Shown here piece by piece: positions 21,867 to 31,399 of a stretch of 64,000 bases of DNA. The notes under the pieces are model-generated. The model was not told the DNA's origin. It did no database searches and was given only the letters and a program-made list of their open reading frames with translations. The first letter of the stretch is position 1; each line of letters starts with the position of its first letter. The position numbers and the translations under genes were made by a program. The stretch covers positions 13,225 to 77,224 of the forward strand of contig JBNKQQ010000024.1 in the NCBI GenBank assembly GCA_050295955.1, in the 5' to 3' direction. The stretch is from Thiohalomonadales bacterium (lineage in GTDB: Bacteria > Pseudomonadota > Gammaproteobacteria > RBG-16-57-12).

Positions 21867-21910
21867 TCCAAGGCGTGCTAAAATTGCCCTTTTGAGCGGA
21901 TCCTCTCCCC

Positions 21911-24058
21911 ATGCCTGAAACCCTGAAACTGTTTGCCTCCACTCCCAAGGGAATGGAGCAATTACTCGCCGATGAGATTAAACGTTATGGCGGCTTCCAC
22001 ATGAAGCCAGTACGGGCCGGGGTAGAGTTCTCCGGTACGCTGGAGACCGCCTACCGTCTCTGCCTCTGGTCGCGCATCGCCAACCGGGTACTGCTCACCC
22101 TTCCTAGCTTCGAGGCGAAAACACCCGAAGCGCTCTACGAAGGCATTCAAAAAACCGACTGGTCGCAGCATATGTCTCCAGAAGGCACCCTAGCGGTGGA
22201 CTTCAACATTAGCCGCTCAAAAATCAACCATAGCCACTTCGCTGCACTCAAGGTGAAAGATGCCATCGTCGATCAATTCCGGGATAAATACGACCTGCGT
22301 CCCTCTGTCGACACGGAATTCCCTGACCTACGCATCAACTGCTATCTTGCGAAAAATATCTGCCGCCTAAGTATCGACCTCTCTGGCGATAGCCTGCACC
22401 GACGAGGTTATCGCTTGGAAGGGGGGGGCGCGCCTCTCAAGGAGAATCTGGCTGCTGCCATCCTGATGCTGGCCGATTGGCCACAGATTGCAGCCAATGG
22501 CGGTTCTCTGCTGGACCCCATGTGTGGCTCTGGCACTCTGTTAATCGAAGGGGCAATGATTGCAGCCGATATCGCGCCAGGATTACTTCGCAGCCACTTC
22601 GGCTTCCGCTACTGGAAACAGCACGACCCCATCCTCTGGGCTTCTCTACAAGCGGAGGCTGAAGAGCGCAGTGAAGTGGGGCTGAAAAAGCTCCCCTCCA
22701 TCCAAGGCTACGATATCGATGGTAAGATGATCAGCATCGCCCGGGCCAATGTGGAACGAGCCGGGTTAAATGGGTATATCAACATCACGGCCAGTGAAGT
22801 GGCCAAAGCCGAACCTAACGACCTCAACCCTGGCTTGGTGGTCTGTAATCCACCCTACGGTGAACGTCTCGGAGGCAGCAAAGATCTGGCGCTACTCTAC
22901 CGCCAGCTAGGCAGCACCCTCAATCGCCGTTTTGCCGATTGGAAAAGTGCCATCTTCACCGGCCTGCCAAAAATGGCCAGCCATACCGGCCTCTACCCGG
23001 AAGCGACCCATATCCTGTTTAACGGCCCCCTGAAGTGCAACCTACTTTGCTATGGCGAGCGCCGCGATGAGCTGGATATCGCTCTGGAGGGCGAAAGCCA
23101 AGGTGCCCCCATGCTGGCCAATCGCCTAAGCAAGAATCTCAAGCACCTCCGACGTTGGGCTAAGCGGGAAGAGATAAGCTGCTATCGAGTCTATGATGCC
23201 GATCTACCGGAATACGCACTGGCAATTGATCTTTACCAAGGAGAGAACCGCTGGGTTCATGTACAGGAGTATCAGGCTCCTAATACCGTCGATCCCACCA
23301 AGGCTGCACAACGCCTGCGAGATGCCCTACACACTATCAAAGAGGTGTTGCAGGTAAGTAATGACCAACTGTTCCTAAAACAACGCCGTCGCCAAAAAGG
23401 ACAAGCCCAATACGAGCGCTACGACCAGCGGGGTGAATATCATCAGGTTCAAGAGGGACAAATCTATTGTCTAGTCAATCTCAGTGACTATTTGGATACC
23501 GGGCTCTTCCTGGATCACCGTATAACCCGCCAGATGCTGTCACAAATAGCCAAGGGTAAACGTTTCCTCAACCTGTTTGCCTACACTGGTGTAGCCACCC
23601 TACACGCTGCCGCAGGTGGTGCTACCGCCACCATGACCGTAGATATGTCCAACACCTATCTGGAGTGGGCGCAACGTAATATGGAATTAAACGGCTTCAG
23701 CGGAAACCAGCATCACTTTGTCCAAGCGGACTGTCTAGAGTGGATCAAACAGGCGGTAGAGGCAGGCAATTATTACGACCTGATATTCCTTGATCCCCCC
23801 TCCTTCTCCAACTCCAAACGCATGGAACAAACCTTCGATGTATTGCGGGATCATGTTCCTCTGCTCAGCCAAGTGGCAGAGCTGCTTAGCGATAACGGTG
23901 TGCTGATCTTCTCCAACAATCATCGTAAATTTAAGATGGAGTACGAAGCACTACCCCAGCTGTTGATCGAGGATATTACTAGCCAAACGATCCCTGAGGA
24001 TTTCAAGCGTAATCCCAAGATCCACAACTGCTGGCGTATTACACGAAAGGTGAGCTAG
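21911..24058 (+). CDS. rlmKL: Bifunctional 23S rRNA m2G2445/m7G2069 methyltransferase RlmKL
   Basis: THUMP region, LHRRGYR, APLKENLAAA, DPMCGSGT, NPPYGER, DYLDTGLFLDHR, DPPSFSNSK. Confidence 0.97.
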   Translation: MPETLKLFASTPKGMEQLLADEIKRYGGFHMKPVRAGVEFSGTLETAYRLCLWSRIANRVLLTLPSFEAKTPEALYEGIQKTDWSQHMSPEGTLAVDFNISRSKINHSHFAALKVKDAIVDQFRDKYDLRPSVDTEFPDLRINCYLAKNICRLSIDLSGDSLHRRGYRLEGGGAPLKENLAAAILMLADWPQIAANGGSLLDPMCGSGTLLIEGAMIAADIAPGLLRSHFGFRYWKQHDPILWASLQAEAEERSEVGLKKLPSIQGYDIDGKMISIARANVERAGLNGYINITASEVAKAEPNDLNPGLVVCNPPYGERLGGSKDLALLYRQLGSTLNRRFADWKSAIFTGLPKMASHTGLYPEATHILFNGPLKCNLLCYGERRDELDIALEGESQGAPMLANRLSKNLKHLRRWAKREEISCYRVYDADLPEYALAIDLYQGENRWVHVQEYQAPNTVDPTKAAQRLRDALHTIKEVLQVSNDQLFLKQRRRQKGQAQYERYDQRGEYHQVQEGQIYCLVNLSDYLDTGLFLDHRITRQMLSQIAKGKRFLNLFAYTGVATLHAAAGGATATMTVDMSNTYLEWAQRNMELNGFSGNQHHFVQADCLEWIKQAVEAGNYYDLIFLDPPSFSNSKRMEQTFDVLRDHVPLLSQVAELLSDNGVLIFSNNHRKFKMEYEALPQLLIEDITSQTIPEDFKRNPKIHNCWRITRKVS

Positions 24059-24280
24059 ATGACACGAGAAGATGAATTAGAAAGCCGGATCATCGAGCTA
24101 GAGACCAAACAGGCATTTCAGGATGACCTGCTAAGCGATCTTAATGATGTGGTAGCTGAGCAATCTCAAACCATTGGCGTACTACTGCGGGAAGTATATG
24201 AACTGCGCCAGATGGTGAAAAACCTCACACCCTCCAATATTGCGGCCCCCAACGAAGAGACACCACCCCCTCACTACTAA
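24059..24280 (+). CDS. slyX: SlyX family protein
   Basis: LETKQAFQDD coiled coil and terminal EETPPPHY. Confidence 0.93.
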   Translation: MTREDELESRIIELETKQAFQDDLLSDLNDVVAEQSQTIGVLLREVYELRQMVKNLTPSNIAAPNEETPPPHY

Positions 24281-24350
24281 ACCACACAGGGATCACACCA
24301 GGGGGTTGAATCAAGACCCGTAAACGGTAACAAGCGAATTTTTATCGCGC

Positions 24351-24381
24351 CCCTTGAAACTTTTGTAGGCGATCCCCATCA
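24351..24381 (+). promoter_or_regulatory. Sigma32 (RpoH) promoter
   Basis: CTTGAAA (24353-24359), 14-nt spacer, CCCCATCA (24374-24381); matches CTTGAAA-N13-17-CCCCATNT. Confidence 0.7.
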
Positions 24382-24386
24382 AATAA

Positions 24387-24436
24387 GACAGCTACACCAT
24401 ACTTTGTTATTAGCCGACCTTCGGGTCGGCTTTTTC
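24387..24436 (+). ncRNA. Candidate ~50-nt sigma32-dependent small RNA
   Basis: Bounded by the sigma32 promoter and a UUCG-capped terminator, with no ORF in between; 5' end inferred. Confidence 0.4.
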
Positions 24437-24715
24437 TTTTTGTGCTACCCACTGCTGGAGACTATCCAGCTCAATCAACAAACGCTGCCGCTCCCCATCA
24501 GGGAGATGATTCCAATGACAATCCAGCAAGGCACCCGCCAGGGCATAAAGTAAATTTAATGATGGTTTTTGGCCACTATCAACTACCTGTTGATAAGCGA
24601 CAACAGCACCAAGATGCTGTAGTTGGAAGTAAGTTTCAATCCCCGCCCTATGTAACATCTTTTCCGATGCTAGGCCGAGATTTTTCAAGGAATGAAGTGG
24701 AGGGTTGTTAGGCAT
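24410..24715 (-). CDS. TfoX/Sxy C-terminal domain protein
   Basis: LKNLGLASEKMLHRAGIET and SLNLLYALAGALLDCHW; start moved to ATG 24715, coupled to the upstream gene. Confidence 0.85.
   Translation of the reverse strand: MPNNPPLHSLKNLGLASEKMLHRAGIETYFQLQHLGAVVAYQQVVDSGQKPSLNLLYALAGALLDCHWNHLPDGERQRLLIELDSLQQWVAQKEKADPKVG
24412..24440 (+). terminator. Intrinsic terminator on the plus strand, overlapping the 3' end of the TfoX-C gene
   Basis: AGCCGACC-TTCG-GGTCGGCT followed by TTTTCTTTT. Confidence 0.85.
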
Positions 24716-24914
24716 CCAGATCAGGAATGAGTTTGCTCTCCAGCTTGGCAATCTGATCTTTTAAAGCGAGCTTACGTTTTTTCATACGTCGTAGTTGTAA
24801 CTGATCAACACTAAAATCTTCCGACATACGCTGAATCACATCATCCAGATCACGGTGTTCAACACGCAGTGTCTCTAACCATTGTTTGATATTCACGATC
24901 TCATTTTCGTGCAT
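24708..24914 (-). CDS. YdcH/DUF465 family small coiled-coil protein
   Basis: EHRDLDDVI...RRMKKRKLALKDQI...PDLDA. Confidence 0.9.
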   Translation of the reverse strand: MHENEIVNIKQWLETLRVEHRDLDDVIQRMSEDFSVDQLQLRRMKKRKLALKDQIAKLESKLIPDLDA

Positions 24915-24965
24915 GAAAACCCCTCTTCAGCAAACGGACTGCAACAACTCAGTGTAGCCTATCCA

Positions 24966-25970
24966 TTATAGTAAGCGTAGTGTTGGTTCATCAATCAGTG
25001 CAATTTGTTCCCGCAGTGCCTGGACATGCTCTTCCCAATAACGCCCCCCTTCAAACCAGGGAAAGCTCTGTTTAAAAGCGGGATCATCCCAACGCCGCGC
25101 CAGCCAAGCAGCATAGTGAATCATGCGTAACGCACGCAGCGACTCAATCAGGTGGAGTTCTACAGGGTCAAATTCACAAAATTCACTATACCCATCCACC
25201 AGCTCAGCCAGTTGTAACTCCTGCTCATGACGCTCGCCGCTCAACAGCATCCAGAGATCCTGAATTGCCGGCCCCATACGGCAGTCGTCAAAGTCGACAA
25301 AATGGGGGCCATTGTCAGTCCACAATATGTTGCCGGGGTGACAATCCCCATGCAGGCGCAGCTGGCGTAGAGGTCCCACTTGCTCAAAGCGCTCCGTCAC
25401 TTTATCCAGCAAAGTACGGGTAACACTCTGGTAGTTATCTATCAAATAGCCAGGAATCAAGTCATCACGCTGCGCCAGATAGGCCAGCGAATCTTCGCCA
25501 AAACTTTGAATATCCAGAGTAGGGCGGTGGACAAATGATTTGGTGCCAGCAAAGTGGTGGATGCGCCCCATAAAACGCCCCAGCCAGTGCAGGTTATCCA
25601 TATTGTCCAATTCGGGCCAACGACCACCCTGACGAGGAAACAGGGCGAAGCGGTAATCCGCAAACTGTTGCAGCGTTCTCCCTTCAAAGGTCAATGGTGC
25701 AACGACAGGCATCTCCGCCTCCGCCAAGGCACAGCTATAGGCGTGCTCTTCCAGAATCGCCTCATCACTCCAACGCCCTGGGCGGTAAAACTTGGCAATC
25801 AGTGGAACCGCCTCCTCCATTCCCACCTGATAGACCCGGTTCTCATAGCTGTTTAGTGCCAACAGCCGGCCATCGCAAAGCAGCCCCAGGGATTCAACCG
25901 CCTGGAGAATCCGCTCTGGAGAGAGATCTGCGTAAGGTGTGGATTCAGACATGGTGTTGAGGATCATCAA
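24966..25970 (-). CDS. srkA: Stress response Ser/Thr kinase SrkA (RdoA/YihE)
   Basis: LNSYENRVY, KFYRPGRW, LHGDCHPGN, DFDD, RRWDDPAF; true start may be ATG 25967 or 25952. Confidence 0.95.
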   Translation of the reverse strand: MMILNTMSESTPYADLSPERILQAVESLGLLCDGRLLALNSYENRVYQVGMEEAVPLIAKFYRPGRWSDEAILEEHAYSCALAEAEMPVVAPLTFEGRTLQQFADYRFALFPRQGGRWPELDNMDNLHWLGRFMGRIHHFAGTKSFVHRPTLDIQSFGEDSLAYLAQRDDLIPGYLIDNYQSVTRTLLDKVTERFEQVGPLRQLRLHGDCHPGNILWTDNGPHFVDFDDCRMGPAIQDLWMLLSGERHEQELQLAELVDGYSEFCEFDPVELHLIESLRALRMIHYAAWLARRWDDPAFKQSFPWFEGGRYWEEHVQALREQIALIDEPTLRLL

Positions 25971-25973
25971 GTA

Positions 25974-26456
25974 TTAATTCGACCCACAACATTTTTTGTA
26001 TTTCTTACCACTGCCGCAGGGGCAGGGATCATTGCGCCCAATCTTTTCATTGGTGACTTCAATCAAAGGCGGCAGATCATCACCATCCACGTAGAACCAC
26101 TGCCCTGCCTCACGCACAAAACGAGAGCGTTCATGAAGCTGCTCAGGCCGTCCATTGATGGTGTAGCGGGCCACAAACTCAATTTCGCCAGAGGCATCCT
26201 GCTCCCCACCGCCATTAATCTCAAGTACTTCCAGGCCTCGCCACTTCAGCGTTGGGTTATGAGAAATCGCATCACCTGGGCGCGTAGAAGGGTGCCAGGT
26301 TTCATTCAGGTATTCATTATATTCGCGAACATAAGCACAATAGCGGGAGCGCAACAGCGCCTCTGCCGTGGTCACCATCGCCAATTTCTGATGATATTGC
26401 CCACAACACTCCAGGTAATCCCGACCAGAACCGCATTCGCATAGGGTTGCCGCCAT
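25974..26456 (-). CDS. ychJ: YchJ family protein with SEC-C motifs
   Basis: N-terminal CECGSG...[17 protein letters not shown]-terminal [18 protein letters not shown]; start moved to ATG 26456. Confidence 0.92.
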   Translation of the reverse strand: MAATLCECGSGRDYLECCGQYHQKLAMVTTAEALLRSRYCAYVREYNEYLNETWHPSTRPGDAISHNPTLKWRGLEVLEINGGGEQDASGEIEFVARYTINGRPEQLHERSRFVREAGQWFYVDGDDLPPLIEVTNEKIGRNDPCPCGSGKKYKKCCGSN

Positions 26457-26633
26457 CTTACTCTTCTCCTCTTTTTGCCGGCTGATTGTACACCATTCCT
26501 TAAGCAATTGACTAAACCCTAACACACCCCAATTATCATCTATTTTTTTAATCAATACTCGGCAGAATTCGCAACAATAGATCAGAAAAATACATCCATA
26601 ATTAAGAAAAACCAGAAAGTAAAAGGATGATAA

Positions 26634-27599
26634 ATGAGCTTAGTGATTGATGGTCAGCTAAAAACCGAGTGGTTGGAACATGAACGTGAAGCGGGTGAAT
26701 TCGTTCGCCTGGAATCCCAATTTCGACACTGGATCACCCCAGATGGCCGCCCTGGCCCCTCGGGTGAAGGAGGATTTGTGGCTGAGAGAGATCGCTATCA
26801 CCTTTACGTCAGCCTTGCCTGCCCCTGGGCTCACCGCACGCTAATCTTCCGCAAATTGAAGGGTCTGGAGAAGATGATCTCCGTCTCTGTAGTTAATCCC
26901 TACATGGGTGAGGAGGGCTGGCACTTTGCCCCCTATCATGGCAGTACCGCTGATGATATCAATCAGGCTCAGTATCTGTACGAAAACTACCTACTGGCAG
27001 ATCCCCACTATACCGGTATCGTCACCGTGCCCGTGTTGTGGGATAAGCAGCAAAAAACTATCGTCAATAATGAGTCCTCAGAGATCATACGCATGTTTAA
27101 CTCCGCCTTCGATCATCTGGGGGCCAAGCCTGAGGATTACTACCCGGATGCTCTAAGAGTACAAATTGATGAGGTAAACCAGCTGGTCTACAACAATATC
27201 AACAACGGTGTCTATCGGGCAGGCTTCGCCAGTGAGCAACAGGCCTATAAAAAAGCCTATCATCGCTTATTTAGCACCTTGGACCAGCTCGAAGAGCGCC
27301 TCACTCACCAACCATACCTAGCAGGAGAAACCTTAAGCGAGGCGGACTGGCGACTATTTACTACCTTAGTGCGTTTCGATACTGTCTATTACAGTCATTT
27401 TAAGTGCAACCGTCAGCGTTTAGTGGATTATCCCAATCTTTGGCGCTTCACCCGACATCTCTACCAGATAGAGGGCATTGCCGATACCGTCAATATGGAC
27501 CATATCAAGCATCACTATTATGGCAGCCATAAAGAGCTCAATCCAACCGGCATTATCCCCTGTGGGCCAGAGATCGATTTCACGGCAAACCATGAGTAG
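26634..27599 (+). CDS. yqjG: Glutathionyl-hydroquinone reductase (Xi-class GST, YqjG-like)
   Basis: [43 protein letters not shown]. Confidence 0.94.
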   Translation: MSLVIDGQLKTEWLEHEREAGEFVRLESQFRHWITPDGRPGPSGEGGFVAERDRYHLYVSLACPWAHRTLIFRKLKGLEKMISVSVVNPYMGEEGWHFAPYHGSTADDINQAQYLYENYLLADPHYTGIVTVPVLWDKQQKTIVNNESSEIIRMFNSAFDHLGAKPEDYYPDALRVQIDEVNQLVYNNINNGVYRAGFASEQQAYKKAYHRLFSTLDQLEERLTHQPYLAGETLSEADWRLFTTLVRFDTVYYSHFKCNRQRLVDYPNLWRFTRHLYQIEGIADTVNMDHIKHHYYGSHKELNPTGIIPCGPEIDFTANHE

Positions 27600-27622
27600 T
27601 GTGAAACATTTCACACTACTCA
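27593..27622. promoter_or_regulatory. 14-bp perfect inverted repeat containing a consensus CRP/Vfr-type box
   Basis: TGAGTAGTGTGAAA-CA-TTTCACACTACTCA; core TGTGA-AACATT-TCACA at 27600-27615; no U-tract on either side. Confidence 0.55.
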
Positions 27623-27693
27623 CAGCATATAGTATTAAAGCCCTCAACCCCTAGCGTCGACATAATATTGATGGAATTTTATACGGATACACG

Positions 27694-28401
27694 ATGACGT
27701 TACTGTTGGTGGACGATGAAAGTAACATTCTCAGAGCCCTCACCCGGATGCTACGCCGAGATGGCTACAAGATCCTAACCGCCTCAAGCGGTAAGGAGGG
27801 CTTGGAGGTGGTTAATGACAACCCGGATATCAAAGTTATTATCTCAGACCAGCGCATGCCGGAAATGAGTGGTACTGAGTTCCTAAGTCAGGTAAAAGAG
27901 ATTTCCCCTTCAATCATCCGCATTATTTTGAGCGGTTTCTCCGACCTCAACACCATTACTGAAGCGATCAATAAGGGAGAGATCTTCCGCTTTATCAGCA
28001 AACCATGGGATGACGACATACTGCGTGAAAATGTCAAAGATGCTTTTCGCCATTACCAACTCTACACATTAAATGAAGAGTTTTTATTGGATCTGCAACG
28101 ACATGGCCTAACACCGCACCAACTCTCTGTACTATTAGATAACCTCCCTCAGGCCATTATCACTATCGATGATCAACAAAGCATTCACTTTGCCAATCAG
28201 CAGGCCAATCTCATCTTTAATAATAGTGAACCCCTCAAAGGTATGTTGCTGCAAGAGGCGATACCGGCACTTTGTGAGCCATTGGCATCGCAACAACCAC
28301 AGCCGATAGTCATTTCTCAGCAACACTACCAAACAACCTTTAGTAAAATGCAAATAGGTCAGGAGGAACAGCTATTGGTGACATTAACGCCGATAAGCTA
28401 A
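27694..28401 (+). CDS. Response regulator (receiver plus C-terminal PAS-like domain)
   Basis: VDDE, ISDQRMP, LSG, SKPW; LDNLPQAIITID...FANQQA PAS-like segment. Confidence 0.88.
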   Translation: MTLLLVDDESNILRALTRMLRRDGYKILTASSGKEGLEVVNDNPDIKVIISDQRMPEMSGTEFLSQVKEISPSIIRIILSGFSDLNTITEAINKGEIFRFISKPWDDDILRENVKDAFRHYQLYTLNEEFLLDLQRHGLTPHQLSVLLDNLPQAIITIDDQQSIHFANQQANLIFNNSEPLKGMLLQEAIPALCEPLASQQPQPIVISQQHYQTTFSKMQIGQEEQLLVTLTPIS

Positions 28402-28463
28402 ACCGTAGCTCATAACGCATAAGGATTTTGCCATGACACCACTCAGCGACTACCATCAATAAT

Positions 28464-29156
28464 ATGGATAACCCCCGACAGATTCACTATCACTTTGCAT
28501 TTACTGATGGGACCAGCAGTGAATTTAATGTTAGTCTCAATCGGATAACACTGCTTGCCGAAGTGCCTGAATCCTCCGTTCCCTCGTGGTGCCAGCTTCA
28601 GGTTGCGCAGTGCACTAATTGCCCCTTAAAAATCGAAGAAACTCCCCACTGCCCTCTCGCAATGACACTCTCCCCATTGGTAGGCACCTTCTCCGGTCGT
28701 ACTTCACACGACAGCGCAACGGTTACCGTCACCACAGAAGAGCGAACTATTAGCACCCATACCACGCTGCAACGAGGCCTGAGCTCTCTACTTGGTTTAT
28801 TAATGGCAACCAGTGGCTGTCCACACACCCGCCTATTTCGCCCCATGGCCCGCTTCCATCTTCCCTTTTCCAGCGCGGAAGAAACCACCTATCGAGCTGC
28901 CGCCAACTATCTGCTCAGTCAATATTTTTGCGATGGGGAAAAACGGGATTGGCAGTTACAAGGGCTAGCAGAAAGTTATCGGGCTCTACAACAGGTCAAT
29001 GCCGGCATCACCCAACGTCTGAGGCAGGTGTGTGAAGAAGATGCCGCGGTCAACGCAGTGATCCTGCTAGACCTATTCGCTAAAGACATCCCCTACTCCA
29101 TTGAAGAGGCACTGGAAGAATTAAGTCCACTCTTCAAAGCGGGCATCTGCAAATAA
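28464..29156 (+). CDS. Conserved hypothetical Cys-containing protein (DUF6901-like)
   Basis: QCTNCPL...HCP, MATSGCP, RPMARFHLPF, DAAVNAVILLD; family name from recall. Confidence 0.7.
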   Translation: MDNPRQIHYHFAFTDGTSSEFNVSLNRITLLAEVPESSVPSWCQLQVAQCTNCPLKIEETPHCPLAMTLSPLVGTFSGRTSHDSATVTVTTEERTISTHTTLQRGLSSLLGLLMATSGCPHTRLFRPMARFHLPFSSAEETTYRAAANYLLSQYFCDGEKRDWQLQGLAESYRALQQVNAGITQRLRQVCEEDAAVNAVILLDLFAKDIPYSIEEALEELSPLFKAGICK

Positions 29157-29165
29157 ACCACAACA

Positions 29166-31394
29166 CTACTGGGCGCCTAATACCCGTAAAATCTCAGCTA
29201 ATGTAGTATCCCCCTGATCCACCTTGCTATAAGCATCCCGCAACATACTGCTGCCACTGCTCTTGGAGATATATTCATTCAACTCCAACATGGTCACACC
29301 ATCTGACAACATATGGCGTAGATGCTCATCCATGGTTAATACCTCATAGATACCAATACGCCCGGCATACCCCGTCTGTCCACAACGATTACAGCCCACG
29401 CCAATGTAGCTGGCGGGAGGGTGGTCCAGAAACAGTGGTCCCAGTTGCTCCAGTAACTCACCATCATGGGGATGAGGCTCTTTGCAGTGTTGACAGATAC
29501 GCCGTACCAATCGCTGAGCAATAATCGCTTGTAGCGCACTGGCCACCACATAAGACTTCAGTCCCAGATCAAACAGGCGAGCGATAGTAGCAATCGCAGA
29601 GTTAGTATGTAGCGTGGAGTAGACCAAATGACCCGTGAGGGCAGCATGAAACGCCACTTCAGCTGTCTCAAAGTCACGAATCTCACCCAATAGTATGACA
29701 TCGGGATCCTGACGCAGAATCGCCCTCAACACCGAGGCAAAATCCAGTCCAATCTTGTCCCTCACCGCCACTTGACCAGCTGCATCCATGTAATACTCCA
29801 CTGGATCTTCGATGGTGACATAGTTCTTTTCACTGGAGGCATTATGCTGCAGTAATGAATAGAGCGTAGAGGTCTTACCGCTGCCAGTCGGGCCCGTGGT
29901 CAAAATAATCCCCTGAGGGCGACTCACTACATTCAACACCTTCTTTAAGTCACTGCTACTGAAATCCAACTGTTCCAATGTGCGGATAGAGGCATTTCGA
30001 TCCAACAGGCGCATCACCACTTTCTCACCATTAATGGTAGGTAGTGTAGAGATCCGCAAGTCCACCACTTTAAGGGGGCTCTTCACCGCAATCCGTCCAT
30101 CCTGCGGTTTACGCCGCTCAGTAATATCCAGCTCAGCCATCACCTTGATACGGGAAACCAATGGCAACAACAGGGAGTTGGGGACTTTGATCTTGTCATG
30201 CAGCACCCCGTCAATGCGATAGCGCACCACGACGCTTTTCGTACGCGGATGAATATGAATATCACTGGCACCCAGACGGATTGCCTCCAAAATAATCGCA
30301 TTCACCAGGCGAATAGCCGGTGGCTCTTCGGTGCCTTCCAACAAGGTTTGCAGATCAAGATTCTCATCTTCCTCGATGATCACCTCAATCCCATCATAGG
30401 GGTCCACATCAGAGATAATAGTCTCTAGACCCTTAATCCCCTCATCTTCATAAACCTCCGCCAACTTGGCTTCAATATCCACCACATTGGCCATCACCGG
30501 CTGAATCTTCACCCCCAGACCAAATCCCAAATCCTGAGTAATACCACTATCCATGGGATCGGCCATCACCAGAACCAGTCGCTGATTCTCCAAGCGTAAC
30601 GGGATCATCAACTGCTGCCGGCAGAGACTCAGCGGGATTAACGACGCCACTGCCGGATCGATACTGACCTCCGCCAATGCCACCTCTTCAATCATCAGCT
30701 CATCACGGAGGATCTTGCGTATTTTGCTCTCATCGACCCACTCCTTCTCCATCAGAATGGAAAAGACCGGTTTTTGACGACGCTGCTGTAGCTTGTAGAT
30801 CTCTTGTAACTGCTGATCATTCAACAAGCCACGCTTATGTAGCATGATAGCCAGCTGACTACGATTAGTCAGACTCAACTTCGCCATCGCCTTAAGTTCA
30901 CGACTCTGTTTAGCGGCTTGCTGCTGTAACTGACGATTTTTACGCTGTAGCTCATACTGTTCCAAAGCAACTGCTACTGTCACTCGCAAGTCATCATCAT
31001 TCCACGGTTTGAGGATGAATTTATAAACTGCCCCCTCTTTGATAGCACTCATCACAGCACCGGTATCCGCATGCCCGGTTAACATAATACGAATGGTTTC
31101 AGGGTAGAGCTCTTTGATCTTATAAAGCAGATCACCACCCGTGATTCCCGGCATCATATAGTCACTGATCACAATCTCACAGGGGTGGTCAGCCATCAGC
31201 TCTAACGCCTCCTGAGCATTGTTCGCCACCAAGACTTTGTAATTCTCCTGACGAAAGATACGCTTCAGCGCATTCAACACATTAGGCTCATCGTCCACCA
31301 ATAACAGTCGGTAGGGCTCACGCTGTGGTACGGCTTCCAGCGATTGCTCGCCATCCTCTTTCTCTCCGGTGAAAAGGGCTCGATATATCGACAT
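29166..31394 (-). CDS. Receiver-domain-fused GspE/PilB-family secretion ATPase
   Basis: N-terminal receiver (VDDE, ISDYMMP, LTG, KPW); ASDIH, PQDGR, Walker A GPTGSGKTS, TIEDPVE, GEIRD, TGHLVYSTLH, CQHC/CNRC zinc motif. Confidence 0.93.
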   Translation of the reverse strand: MSIYRALFTGEKEDGEQSLEAVPQREPYRLLLVDDEPNVLNALKRIFRQENYKVLVANNAQEALELMADHPCEIVISDYMMPGITGGDLLYKIKELYPETIRIMLTGHADTGAVMSAIKEGAVYKFILKPWNDDDLRVTVAVALEQYELQRKNRQLQQQAAKQSRELKAMAKLSLTNRSQLAIMLHKRGLLNDQQLQEIYKLQQRRQKPVFSILMEKEWVDESKIRKILRDELMIEEVALAEVSIDPAVASLIPLSLCRQQLMIPLRLENQRLVLVMADPMDSGITQDLGFGLGVKIQPVMANVVDIEAKLAEVYEDEGIKGLETIISDVDPYDGIEVIIEEDENLDLQTLLEGTEEPPAIRLVNAIILEAIRLGASDIHIHPRTKSVVVRYRIDGVLHDKIKVPNSLLLPLVSRIKVMAELDITERRKPQDGRIAVKSPLKVVDLRISTLPTINGEKVVMRLLDRNASIRTLEQLDFSSSDLKKVLNVVSRPQGIILTTGPTGSGKTSTLYSLLQHNASSEKNYVTIEDPVEYYMDAAGQVAVRDKIGLDFASVLRAILRQDPDVILLGEIRDFETAEVAFHAALTGHLVYSTLHTNSAIATIARLFDLGLKSYVVASALQAIIAQRLVRRICQHCKEPHPHDGELLEQLGPLFLDHPPASYIGVGCNRCGQTGYAGRIGIYEVLTMDEHLRHMLSDGVTMLELNEYISKSSGSSMLRDAYSKVDQGDTTLAEILRVLGAQ

Positions 31395-31399
31395 ATGGC

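Noticed and set aside
28389-28396. Perfect sigma28 -10 GCCGATAA before the DUF6901-like gene
   Set aside because: No TAAA -35 element at 15-nt spacing, and it lies within a coding sequence
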